A stretch of DNA of 64,000 bases from Candidatus Culexmicrobium cathedralense (GCA_025061115.1 JANZKC010000002.1:320001-384000), one strand, 5' to 3'. Counted from the stretch's first letter, positions 10,185-19,186 are shown. Program-made: numbers and translations. The notes: a model not told the origin generated them from the letters alone.

Positions 10185-11227
10185 TACCGCTTAAGTACTG
10201 CGATAGTTCTAGTTAAACTTCTATGAACCCGCATCCTATGAACTTCAACAACTTTAAACCCAGCCTCCACACTTAAATCCTCCAGCATAAGCTCAAAGGG
10301 AGCTGCAATACACAAATAACCACCCACCCTCAACACTCCATAAGCCTCATGCAGGAAATCCCTGAGAAGCTCTTCAAGGCGGAAGCCCGCAGTAGATGCA
10401 GACCTACCATATGGAGGGTCGGTGGCAATGCAGTCAACCCTACGAAATGGCAAATGCCTCGCATCTCCAATCATTATCGAAACAGGATTAACACCAAAAA
10501 AATTCAAATTAGCCTTAGCACCAGAAACCATCTTTCGATCAATGTCCAAGCCGACAACCCTACAGCCTACAAGGCCGGCTTCAATTAGAAAGCCGCCCGC
10601 ACCGCAGAATGGGTCAAGAAAGATGTCGCCCCTCCTAGCCCTGCACAAATTCACGAAAAGCCTAGAGATTCTAGCATCTAAGGAGCTTGGATGAAAGAAT
10701 GGACGAAACTTAGGCCTTCTAGCATTGAAATCACCCCTCCTAACCCTACCAATCGCTAAGCCCAAAACGAAGATATCACCCGTCAGCACTCCTTGAAGTA
10801 GAAATTCAGGATTATTTAGATCAACCTTAGCTTCCCCACTTAATGACGAGTATATAATAGCTCCAATCTCCCTCTCCAAAACCCTCGTTGATATATGAGG
10901 AGAAGAGCGCATCACCCTCCTAACTCTAACCGCATACCTTCCACCCCTAATGAACGACCAGTCAACCTCTCTACAAGAAGCGAAAATTTCATCATAATCC
11001 GCTGAACAGCAAAATAGCTCCTCACAGCAAGAAAAAGTCATTGAGGCCCTACTGCAAACAGCACTGCAAGCTTCAAGCTCAGCTTCCAGGCGAAGCACGG
11101 CCGGCAGCCGCTGAAGAACACTAAAACACACACTTTCAGCTTCCAATATAGCTAAAACTTCCGAGAAAGGCAATGAAGGATGCTCCCCAGAAACTATGAA
11201 GAAAAGCCTCATAATAGATGAGCTCAT
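10184..11227 (-). CDS. trm11: tRNA (G10-N2) methyltransferase, THUMP + Rossmann MTase (Trm11/TrmG10)
   Basis: SGEHP, RPFFHPSS, LDPFCGAGG, TDPPYGR, VHRSLTR. Confidence 0.9.
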   Translation of the reverse strand: MSSSIMRLFFIVSGEHPSLPFSEVLAILEAESVCFSVLQRLPAVLRLEAELEACSAVCSRASMTFSCCEELFCCSADYDEIFASCREVDWSFIRGGRYAVRVRRVMRSSPHISTRVLEREIGAIIYSSLSGEAKVDLNNPEFLLQGVLTGDIFVLGLAIGRVRRGDFNARRPKFRPFFHPSSLDARISRLFVNLCRARRGDIFLDPFCGAGGFLIEAGLVGCRVVGLDIDRKMVSGAKANLNFFGVNPVSIMIGDARHLPFRRVDCIATDPPYGRSASTAGFRLEELLRDFLHEAYGVLRVGGYLCIAAPFELMLEDLSVEAGFKVVEVHRMRVHRSLTRTIAVLKR

Positions 11228-11265
11228 GCCAGGTAAACCTCTGAAGCCAAATAAGGAAGCTGGAC

Positions 11266-12147
11266 CTACAAGGCGCGCTTCAAAGCATGAGCAATAGCAG
11301 GTGCAACAGATACTTTGCTAAACTTATTCTCAATGGTATCCGTCCCAATAACTTCACGCACGCCAGCACGCTTCAACTTATTAAATGCATTGCCAACCAT
11401 AAGCGCATGAGTACAAGATGCATAGACGCACTTTGCCCCCAAATCCAAGGATATTTTAGTTGCATTTGCAATCGTCCCTCCCGTGCTAATTATATCATCT
11501 ACAATTATAACCTCCCTACCCTTAACATCAACTTCCTTGAAAATCGTCTCCACCTCTCCAGTAACTTTGTCTCTAACTTTCATCAAGTAGTCACATGGAG
11601 CGCCCAACCTTTGAGCGACAACCTTAATCATGGAGTAAGCCTTAAAGTCGGGCGCGAGCACAAATGGGTTAGACAACTTCATCTTAGCAAGGAAATCGCC
11701 AATCAATGGCATTGCAGAAACTTCAATAACGTCAACGTCGAAATGCTCAAGAACTGCCTTGCTGTGAGCATCAACCAGTACAACAGCATCAACTCCAACG
11801 CACTCCAACAGCTTAGCCACCACTCCAATGCTAACCGGTTCACCGCTCCTAAACCTCTTATCCTGCCTCATGTACGCCAAATAGGGAACAACAGCAAAAA
11901 CTTCACTTGCACCAAGATCCCTCACCAGATTCAACATCAGGAAAAGCTCCATCAACCTCTTATCCTGAGGCGGCGGATTTGATTGAACAACAATAACCCT
12001 TTCTCCCTTCAAGTCCCTCGGCAACCTAATGTAGCTCTCACCATCAGGAAAGAGCTTCCACTCAACATTAACTAGATCAGCCTCAAGAAGCTCCGAAATC
12101 CTCTCACTCAACATGGGTGAAGCCGGGCCAGCAACAACCAACATCAT
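11266..12147 (-). CDS. prs: Ribose-phosphate pyrophosphokinase
   Basis: FPDGESY, PYLAYMRQDK, VDDIISTGGT, CTH motifs. Confidence 0.96.
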   Translation of the reverse strand: MMLVVAGPASPMLSERISELLEADLVNVEWKLFPDGESYIRLPRDLKGERVIVVQSNPPPQDKRLMELFLMLNLVRDLGASEVFAVVPYLAYMRQDKRFRSGEPVSIGVVAKLLECVGVDAVVLVDAHSKAVLEHFDVDVIEVSAMPLIGDFLAKMKLSNPFVLAPDFKAYSMIKVVAQRLGAPCDYLMKVRDKVTGEVETIFKEVDVKGREVIIVDDIISTGGTIANATKISLDLGAKCVYASCTHALMVGNAFNKLKRAGVREVIGTDTIENKFSKVSVAPAIAHALKRAL

Positions 12148-12217
12148 GAAACACCACAGAAATATAGGCTAGCAGCTCATAATTATTTTGTGTAGGATCA
12201 AATTGGAGGTTTAAGCT

Positions 12218-13264
12218 CTGAAAGAAGCAATGCTTTATGAAAGCCTTGAAGATAAAAGCGTTAAATGCAATTTATGCGCAAGAAGATGCCTAATTAGAGA
12301 TGGGCATCTTGGATTTTGCAGAGTTAGGAAGAATATTGATGGAAAGCTCTACACGCTAGTTTATGGAAAGGTAGTTTCAGCAGCAGTAGACCCAATAGAG
12401 AAAAAACCCCTATTCCACTTTCACCCAGGGTCATCGGTAATGTCAATAGCAACAATCGGCTGCAACTTCCGCTGCAAATTCTGCGATAACTGGGTCATAA
12501 GCCAAGAAGAAGAAATTTATGGGAAGAAACTGCCGCCCGAAAAGGTTGTTGAACTAGCTTTAAAGTACAATTGCCAAGGCATAAGCTACACGTACACCGA
12601 ACCAACAATATTCTTCGAGTACGCATACGATACAGCGAAAATGGCCAAGGAGAAGGGGCTGTTCAACACCTTCGTAACCAACGGCTACATGACTCCAGAG
12701 GCAGTTGAAAAAATAGCTCCATACCTGGATGCAGCCACGGTGGACTTCAAAGGCTCAGCAAACCCGGAATTTTACAGGAAATTCTCAGGAGTCCCAAAAG
12801 TCGAGCCAATATTTGAAAGCCTACTGGAAATGAAGAGGCAAGGCATATTCATAGAAATAACAAATCTGATCGTTCCAAAGTACGGAGATTCCATGGAAGA
12901 CATGAAAAAACTTGCAAGGTGGATAGTGGAAAACCTAGGCCCCGAAACACCACTCCACATACTGCAATTCCACCCAGACTACCAATTAATAGACATCCCA
13001 TCAACACCGCTTGAATCCCTGGAAAAAGCACGCAAAATTGCATTGGAAGAAGGCTTGCATTACGTCTATATAGGAAATGTCCCAGGACACGAAGGGGAAA
13101 ACACCTACTGCCCGAAATGCGGCGAACTACTAATTGAACGCTACGCATTCACAATAATAACATGGAAAGTCACAGGCGATGGAAAGTGCCCCAACTGCGG
13201 CTTTAAAATAAACGTTGTTGGAAAAAACCTCGGCAGGAGGTCTCCACAACATGTCGTCCTCTAG
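12218..13264 (+). CDS. amrS: AmmeMemoRadiSam system radical SAM enzyme, copy 1
   Basis: CxxCxxxC...G.C.VR, DPIEKKPLFHFHPG, GCNFRCKFCDNW, YTYTEP, GNVPG...TYCPKC; start is CTG 12218 or ATG 12230. Confidence 0.92.
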   Translation: MKEAMLYESLEDKSVKCNLCARRCLIRDGHLGFCRVRKNIDGKLYTLVYGKVVSAAVDPIEKKPLFHFHPGSSVMSIATIGCNFRCKFCDNWVISQEEEIYGKKLPPEKVVELALKYNCQGISYTYTEPTIFFEYAYDTAKMAKEKGLFNTFVTNGYMTPEAVEKIAPYLDAATVDFKGSANPEFYRKFSGVPKVEPIFESLLEMKRQGIFIEITNLIVPKYGDSMEDMKKLARWIVENLGPETPLHILQFHPDYQLIDIPSTPLESLEKARKIALEEGLHYVYIGNVPGHEGENTYCPKCGELLIERYAFTIITWKVTGDGKCPNCGFKINVVGKNLGRRSPQHVVL

Positions 13265-14315
13265 AGGCGTAAGGGAAGCTTCAATGTATAGGACTTTAAG
13301 TGAAAATAAAGCTCAATGCATGGTATGCCCTAGAAAATGCATAATACCTGAAGGCAAAAGAGGCTTCTGTCAAACAAGGGAAAACAGAGGTGGAAAAATA
13401 TACACATTAATTTATGGAGAGATAACTGCCCTCGCATGCGACCCAATAGAGAAAAAACCCCTATTCCACTTTCACCCGGGAAGCCTCACATTCTCAATCT
13501 CCACGGTAGGGTGCTCATTCAAATGCCCCTGGTGCCAAAATTGGGAGATTAGCCAGTCAAAGCCAGGTGAAATACCCACAGTTCACCACGAGCCGGAAAG
13601 CATCGTCAAGCTAGCTAAAAGATATAGGTGCAACTCAATATCATACACCTACAATGAGCCCATAATATGGTACGAGTACGTTCTCGACACAGCGAAGGAA
13701 GCAAGAAAACATGGATTGCTAAACGTGCTAGTGACCAACGGATACATCTCAACTGAAGCACTGGCAGAGCTAGCACCATACATCGACGCTGCAAATGTTG
13801 ACGTTAAATCGTGGACGAGACACGTATACGTGGAGTACTGCAAAGCAGAGCTGGAGCCAGTACTTGAAGCATGCCAAGAAATGATTAAAAGGGGAATTCA
13901 TGTCGAATTAACCTACCTTGTCATACCCAAAATAAACGACGATGAAAGCCTATTCAAAGGCTTCTCCAAATGGGCACTAGACCACCTAGGCCCAGACACA
14001 CCCATACACTTCTCACGCTTCTACCCCCACTACAAGATGACGCACATACCCCCAACCCCAATTGAAAAACTTGAAAAAGCTAGACAGATAGCACTAGATA
14101 CTGGCTTACATTACGTCTACGTAGGAAACGTTCCAGGACACGAAGGGGAAAACACGTACTGCCCAAGCTGCAAAGAGCCAGTAATAACTAGATACGGATT
14201 CAGCATAACATCTCACTCCATAACCAAAGACATGAAATGCGCGCATTGCGGTGAAAAAATAAAGATAATTGGGCAAATCACCGAACGAAAGCGGTGGCGC
14301 TGGCTCTTCATGTAA
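13251..14315 (+). CDS. amrS: AmmeMemoRadiSam system radical SAM enzyme, copy 2
   Basis: Same motif set (DPIEKKPLFHFHPG, GCSFKCPWCQNW, YTYNEP, HFSRFYP, TYCPSC); overlaps the end of copy 1. Confidence 0.92.
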   Translation: MSSSRGVREASMYRTLSENKAQCMVCPRKCIIPEGKRGFCQTRENRGGKIYTLIYGEITALACDPIEKKPLFHFHPGSLTFSISTVGCSFKCPWCQNWEISQSKPGEIPTVHHEPESIVKLAKRYRCNSISYTYNEPIIWYEYVLDTAKEARKHGLLNVLVTNGYISTEALAELAPYIDAANVDVKSWTRHVYVEYCKAELEPVLEACQEMIKRGIHVELTYLVIPKINDDESLFKGFSKWALDHLGPDTPIHFSRFYPHYKMTHIPPTPIEKLEKARQIALDTGLHYVYVGNVPGHEGENTYCPSCKEPVITRYGFSITSHSITKDMKCAHCGEKIKIIGQITERKRWRWLFM

Positions 14316-14432
14316 AACATAAAATCACAAATAATTCCAGCAAAATAACGATAATTAAGCACATTTAATCAACTTCATTTAGCTACAACGAAACTGAGAA
14401 GGCTTTCACCCATTAACACTCAAAATCGTAGG

Positions 14433-14532
14433 TGGTGCGGCGGCCGGGATTCGAACCCGGGTGCCCTGGGCTTCCATCGCGCCTTTCAGGCGTGGCAGGC
14501 CTGCGTCCTAGACCAAGCTAGACGACCGCCGC
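14433..14532 (-). tRNA. tRNA-Gly(GCC) with encoded CCA and a 22-nt intron in the variable loop
   Basis: Acceptor GCGGCGG/CCGCCGC, anticodon arm CAGGC-CTGCCAC-GCCTG (anticodon 14496-14494), T arm CCGGG-TTCGAAT-CCCGG, ACCA end; insert at 14463-14484 forms a bulge-helix-bulge. Confidence 0.95.
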
Positions 14533-14610
14533 CACCGTAAATTGATTTTAAATGCTTGTCTTTAAGCCTTTCTCTTCGCTTACGCCAAAGTTTATTTAGA
14601 GGATCGTTTA

Positions 14611-14985
14611 ATGGCTTTCGGAGGATTGCCCTTGAGCGAAAGCGGGTTTATCCAATGCCCATGCGGCAGAGTGATCAAGAGCCCAAGGGAATATAGGCTT
14701 GTTTTCCTGAGAAGAGGAGCCCTCGAAGTAGATATTCTATGTCCCAACGAAGTTTGCTACTTAAAGGAGCTTGGATATGTTCGATTTAAGATCGACGACG
14801 ATTCTGTTAAATTTGAGAAGGCAGAGTTCTACCCTCCATTCGTAACTTGGAACTCCAGTAGACTTGGCTACGAGAAAACTTCAAGGATGCTGAAGGAGCA
14901 CCTGAAGACGATCATAAAGGAACTCATCGACTGGGAGCAAGTGAAGGAAGTTCTAAAAGAAGTTAAAGCTAAATTCCCAGGTTGA
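14611..14985 (+). CDS. Hypothetical protein, probable Zn-binding (CxC ... Cx4C)
   Basis: CPCG and ILCPNEVC motifs; protein-like composition. Confidence 0.75.
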   Translation: MAFGGLPLSESGFIQCPCGRVIKSPREYRLVFLRRGALEVDILCPNEVCYLKELGYVRFKIDDDSVKFEKAEFYPPFVTWNSSRLGYEKTSRMLKEHLKTIIKELIDWEQVKEVLKEVKAKFPG

Positions 14986-14998
14986 CCTCAAGTTCTTA

Positions 14999-15946
14999 AT
15001 GGTGATGAACTTGACCTGCATGAAGCAAGTTATTGAGGCGGCCGACCTACTTGAAAGCGCATACGTTACAGGAAGGAAAGTCAAGGATGTCTTAACCTCC
15101 AGAGGTCTAAGAGAAATTGAAGTTGAAAAAATAGAGGGTGAGAAGGGCTCAACCGACTTCATAAAAGTAATCGTACCTGGAAGAAATGGTAAAATGACTG
15201 GAGGAAAAGCCCCAACACTAGGCATTATAGGTAGGCTTGGAGGAGTAGGCGCTAGGCCAGCCATGATAGGATTAGTTTCAGATGCAGACGGAGCCATCGT
15301 AGCTTTAGCATGCGCGCTAAAGCTTGCGGACATGGCCAATGGAGGCGATGTACTTGAAGGCGACGTCATAATAACAACGCACATATGCCCAAACGCTCCA
15401 ACAACTCCCCACGAGCCAGTTCCATTCATGGGCTCACCAGTCGACATATTCACTATACTTCAAAAGGAAGTGGACGGGCAAATGGACGCCATATTATCCA
15501 TTGACGCTACGAAGGGCAATAGAGTCATCAAAGTTGAAGGATTCGCAATAACTCCAACAGTCAAGGATGGCTGGATACTGAAAGTCAGCGACGACCTAAT
15601 AGACATTTACGAAAGAGTTACTGGCAAAACAGTTGCAGTTGTGCCAATAACTATGCAGGACATAACCCCCTATGGAACAGGAATATACCACATAAACAGC
15701 ATAATGCAGCCATGGCTAATGACCAGCGCTCCAGTAGTTGGAGTAGCAATCACAGCAAAGCTTCCCGTAGCGGGCTGCGCTACTGGAGCAACTTACATAA
15801 CAAGCTTGGAAGCTGCAGCCAGATTCTGCATTGAAGTAGCCAAAGACTACACCTCCGGAAAATGCAAGTTCTATGATGAAAACGAATTTAAAAAGATATT
15901 AGAGATATTCGGAGACATGGAAAAACTAAGAAAAATACCTAAGTAA
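14999..15946 (+). CDS. DUF1177 family protein
   Basis: GSTDFIK, PTLGIIGRLGGVGARP, VSDADGA, THICP.APT.PH.PVPFM.SP, QDITPYG...HINSI. Confidence 0.88.
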   Translation: MVMNLTCMKQVIEAADLLESAYVTGRKVKDVLTSRGLREIEVEKIEGEKGSTDFIKVIVPGRNGKMTGGKAPTLGIIGRLGGVGARPAMIGLVSDADGAIVALACALKLADMANGGDVLEGDVIITTHICPNAPTTPHEPVPFMGSPVDIFTILQKEVDGQMDAILSIDATKGNRVIKVEGFAITPTVKDGWILKVSDDLIDIYERVTGKTVAVVPITMQDITPYGTGIYHINSIMQPWLMTSAPVVGVAITAKLPVAGCATGATYITSLEAAARFCIEVAKDYTSGKCKFYDENEFKKILEIFGDMEKLRKIPK

Positions 15947-16118
15947 AACAAGCAAATAATCAAATACAACATCAAAGGGCAGACAGTAATCAGCTTCATC
16001 AACAAAGCCTTCACCACCCCTCTCTTTAATAACAAGCAGTGCATCTAAAAGCGAAGCTTGAAGGCCCTTTCCATAAAGGGCTAAACTAAGCTCCAAACAA
16101 CGTGACATTAAGAGAAAG

Positions 16119-16937
16119 TCAATTAAAATCAAACTGAAGTTTAGCTAAAGCTGCAAGGCTAACTTCAACATCTCTCCAACATAAATTTTCAATTATTAGA
16201 GGGCCGGACAACTCTCTTCGTGCAATTTCCTCCAAAGCACCAATCCAATTCAGCGAGCCATCACCTAAAGCTAAGTGGAGATCGCTTTTACAATCATTAT
16301 CGCTGATGTGAAAGTAAGCTATCCTGCCAGAAAGCTTAACAACATAATCCATAAAATAGCCTCTAAGAAAAGCGTGAGGAATGTCAAGAGCCATCATAAA
16401 AGAATTCGAAAGCTTGAAAAAATCCCTAAAGTCATCCGGCGTAAGTATGAAAGCTCTAGAAGAAGCAGAATTTTCAAGGAGAGGAGTTATTCCATACTCA
16501 TCACACTCATCGCCAATTTCCGCGAGAAAGCGTATGCTCTCACTTCTAGGCTCATCAATATCTCTAAAGATGAAAGTAAATGCATCCCTAAATCCAGAGT
16601 GAAAAACCAGATACCTACAGTCAAGCCTCCTAGCGTGATCCACGCACTTCAACGTTAAATCCCAACAATACTTTCTAGACATAATATTTGTAGCTCCAAC
16701 ATTAACAGCCGCATACGGTGCGTGCATTGAAAGCTCAATGTCGAAACTTGAAGCCAATCCCTTAAGGAACAATAGCTTTTCCTCTCCATCTATGAAGTGA
16801 AGGCCATCATCCACGAACTCCCAAAGAGAGCTAGGCTTCCTGCACATGACATTCCGTAATTCCGTTATTGGCTTATTCAAAGCGCAGAGAGTGGATATAC
16901 CAATTTTAAAGCGCATAATGACACCTAGTAATACCAC
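16119..16937 (-). CDS. Sugar-phosphate isomerase/epimerase family TIM-barrel protein (AP endonuclease 2 superfamily)
   Basis: SMHAPY, VFHSG, LEN, LDIPHA, HISDN...DLHL.LGDG, IEN metal-binding motifs. Confidence 0.85.
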   Translation of the reverse strand: MVLLGVIMRFKIGISTLCALNKPITELRNVMCRKPSSLWEFVDDGLHFIDGEEKLLFLKGLASSFDIELSMHAPYAAVNVGATNIMSRKYCWDLTLKCVDHARRLDCRYLVFHSGFRDAFTFIFRDIDEPRSESIRFLAEIGDECDEYGITPLLENSASSRAFILTPDDFRDFFKLSNSFMMALDIPHAFLRGYFMDYVVKLSGRIAYFHISDNDCKSDLHLALGDGSLNWIGALEEIARRELSGPLIIENLCWRDVEVSLAALAKLQFDFN

Positions 16938-17950
16938 GTCCGAGTAAACTTATGCTCAGAGAGCAATTGAAGATTCAGATTGCCCCTAGCTCTACAAATG
17001 GAAGCTAAAATGCAATCTCCGGGGCAGTCGCCAATTAAATCAACCAGCGAACATCCATCCTTACTGCAGCCAAAAGCGCAGACTGGACGATCCCTACTAC
17101 AGCAATTTTTGCCTAAAAGCCACAGGAAATCATCAAGCAACGTTGGCTTAATTTTAGCAAATGCAGATGTAAGTTTAAAGGCCTCCTTAATCCTCATTCT
17201 CATGGCGTAATCTTCAGTGAAAGTGAATTCCTGGTGCCGCTCAATTTTCCTCATAGTCTCATCATCAACGGAAATCAAACCCACTCTAAGAGCAATTCTA
17301 CTCAAATGATTATCAACTGGCACTTCAAGCTTATCTTCATCGACAACATTAATGAAAGCCCTACGCTCAAGAAACTTAACCAGCAAAAATGATTTCTTCC
17401 CAACAGGGTCCTCGTAAGCCCTAAACCTCCTCAATCGCTCAATCAAGCCCTCTCCATTTCTAAATAGAAAGCCCCCTGACGCTTCAACCAAATTTAAAGC
17501 CGACCCACCATACTCCTCAATAAGCCTTGCAGCTGCATCCCTAAGCAGAAAAGCGCGGACATCAGGATCCCAAACCTCCCTTGGATACGGCTTCTCAACT
17601 TTAAGCCAATCTGCAACTTCGCTTGCAGTAATATTCACCATGCGCTTGGGAGTGAAGAAATCAGGGTCCTCATCAAGCTTCAGCTTGCCAAGCCTCCAAA
17701 GGAGGCTAGCTCCCCTAAGCATTTCACCTTCAACCAGCCCTTCGAAGGGCACGCCATCAAGATCAGTTCTATGGTCAATTGCGACCATGAAAAAGAAGTA
17801 ATTAACTGCTAAATCAGCACTGCAATTTAAATCAGGATAGAAGCGCGAGTCAGTGAAGGATTCAAACCTCATACGTAGCTTCCTAAGCAAGAGGCCAAAA
17901 TGCTGACAAGATTCAATGTTTAAACTAACCCTCAAAGCAACCCTCCTCAA
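16925..17950 (-). CDS. Queuosine-salvage/HhH N-glycosylase-like protein with C-terminal Cys cluster
   Basis: FFMVAIDHRT, YEDPVGKKSFL, PVDNHLSRIALRVG, LDDFLWLLG followed by Cx6C...Cx5C. Confidence 0.65.
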   Translation of the reverse strand: MRRVALRVSLNIESCQHFGLLLRKLRMRFESFTDSRFYPDLNCSADLAVNYFFFMVAIDHRTDLDGVPFEGLVEGEMLRGASLLWRLGKLKLDEDPDFFTPKRMVNITASEVADWLKVEKPYPREVWDPDVRAFLLRDAAARLIEEYGGSALNLVEASGGFLFRNGEGLIERLRRFRAYEDPVGKKSFLLVKFLERRAFINVVDEDKLEVPVDNHLSRIALRVGLISVDDETMRKIERHQEFTFTEDYAMRMRIKEAFKLTSAFAKIKPTLLDDFLWLLGKNCCSRDRPVCAFGCSKDGCSLVDLIGDCPGDCILASICRARGNLNLQLLSEHKFTRTWYY

Positions 17951-18026
17951 ACATCAACAACAAATATAAGTTCACGCATTAAAAGCTAACTCTAAATATA
18001 AGGATGAGAAACTGAGTAGAGCAGAA

Positions 18027-19109
18027 ATGAAGATACTTTTATGGGATGAAAAAGCAGGCTTAATGAAGCTGCGTGTTGAAAATCAAGATGATCTATGGGC
18101 ACTCTACAATATAATAGAGGAAGGAGACATAGTTTACGCCAAAACTACAAGAGAGCTAAAGGTTGGAAACAGCAGCATGAGAAAGCCCATGATCCTGGGA
18201 ATTAAGGTGAAGAAACTCGAGTTCCAGCCATTTACGGAGAGACTGAGAGTAAGAGGAGTGATAATCCATGAGCCAGAAAAATACAAGGAAAGAGGACTAA
18301 GAGGAAGCCACCACACAATAAACTTAGACATCGGTGGAGAAATAGCCATCATCAAAGAAAAGTGGCCGAAGCACGCTATCGATAGAATTAGGGAAGCATG
18401 CAGAAAAACAAAGCTTGGAGTAGTAATCCTATCCATAGATGACGAGGAAGCAGCAATAGCCATAATCAGAGACTACGGCGTAGAAATAATCTCAGAAATA
18501 GCTCTAAGACTCCCGGGAAAAATGGAGGCAGACAAGAGATACTTAGCATTAAGGGAAAAAATTAAGGAAGTCACGAAGGCAGTTAAGAGCACAATAAAGA
18601 ATACGTCATCCACAATATTAATAGTAGCAGGCCCCAGCTACATGCGAGAAAAAGTTGCAGCTGCTCTAGAGAAGGAGTACTCAGGAAAATCAGACAAACC
18701 AAAAATATATCAAGAAAACACCTCAAATGGAGGAGTTAGAGGAATCTACGAAGCAATACGTAGAGGATCAATAACTAAAGCCGTCAGCGAGCATGGAATA
18801 ATTGAAGAAACAAAACTAATGGCCCAATTCCTGAAGTTACTCTCAAAAAACGAAAACATGGTGACTTATGGACTAAATGAAGTTAAAGACGCAGCCAAAG
18901 CAGGAGCCATAAAAGCGCTCCTAGTTCTCGATGAAATGCTACACTCATATGGAGAAGTTAGAGAGAAAATTGAAGAAATAATAAAGGATGTCGAACGGAA
19001 AGGCGGAAAAATAAAGATTTTTAGCTCAATACATGAAGCAGGACGCCAACTAAAGTCCTTGGGAGGAGTAGCCGCAATATTAAGATTTAAAGTAAGAAAT
19101 AAACAGTAA
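18027..19109 (+). CDS. pelA: Pelota/Dom34 ribosome rescue factor
   Basis: DDLWALYN, FQPFTERLRVRG, HHT, LPGK, YG..EV..A...GAI, L..LGGVAAILRF. Confidence 0.96.
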   Translation: MKILLWDEKAGLMKLRVENQDDLWALYNIIEEGDIVYAKTTRELKVGNSSMRKPMILGIKVKKLEFQPFTERLRVRGVIIHEPEKYKERGLRGSHHTINLDIGGEIAIIKEKWPKHAIDRIREACRKTKLGVVILSIDDEEAAIAIIRDYGVEIISEIALRLPGKMEADKRYLALREKIKEVTKAVKSTIKNTSSTILIVAGPSYMREKVAAALEKEYSGKSDKPKIYQENTSNGGVRGIYEAIRRGSITKAVSEHGIIEETKLMAQFLKLLSKNENMVTYGLNEVKDAAKAGAIKALLVLDEMLHSYGEVREKIEEIIKDVERKGGKIKIFSSIHEAGRQLKSLGGVAAILRFKVRNKQ

Positions 19110-19124
19110 TAAGCCCAACAATTA

Positions 19125-19186
19125 ATTGGCAATGATGTAGCGTGTAAGGGCTGAAACTTGATGAGCCAGCTGAGCGCTGAGCCAAT
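19125..19186 (+). ncRNA. C/D box sRNA (2'-O-methylation guide) candidate
   Basis: ATTGGC stem, C box ATGATGT, 12-nt guide, D' CTGA, C' TTGATGA, 12-nt guide, D CTGA, closing GCCAAT stem. Confidence 0.88.

Noticed and set aside
11287-11982. 231-aa plus-strand ORF and many similar antisense ORFs in the track
   Set aside because: Fully overlap well-supported genes on the opposite strand and show no protein motifs
14315-14433. Integrated element at the tRNA-Gly 3' end
   Set aside because: No integrase and no duplicated tRNA 3' fragment noticed in the window
15926-16132. 68-aa minus-strand ORF after the TIM-barrel gene
   Set aside because: Overlaps both neighbours and has no motif; coding status unsupported
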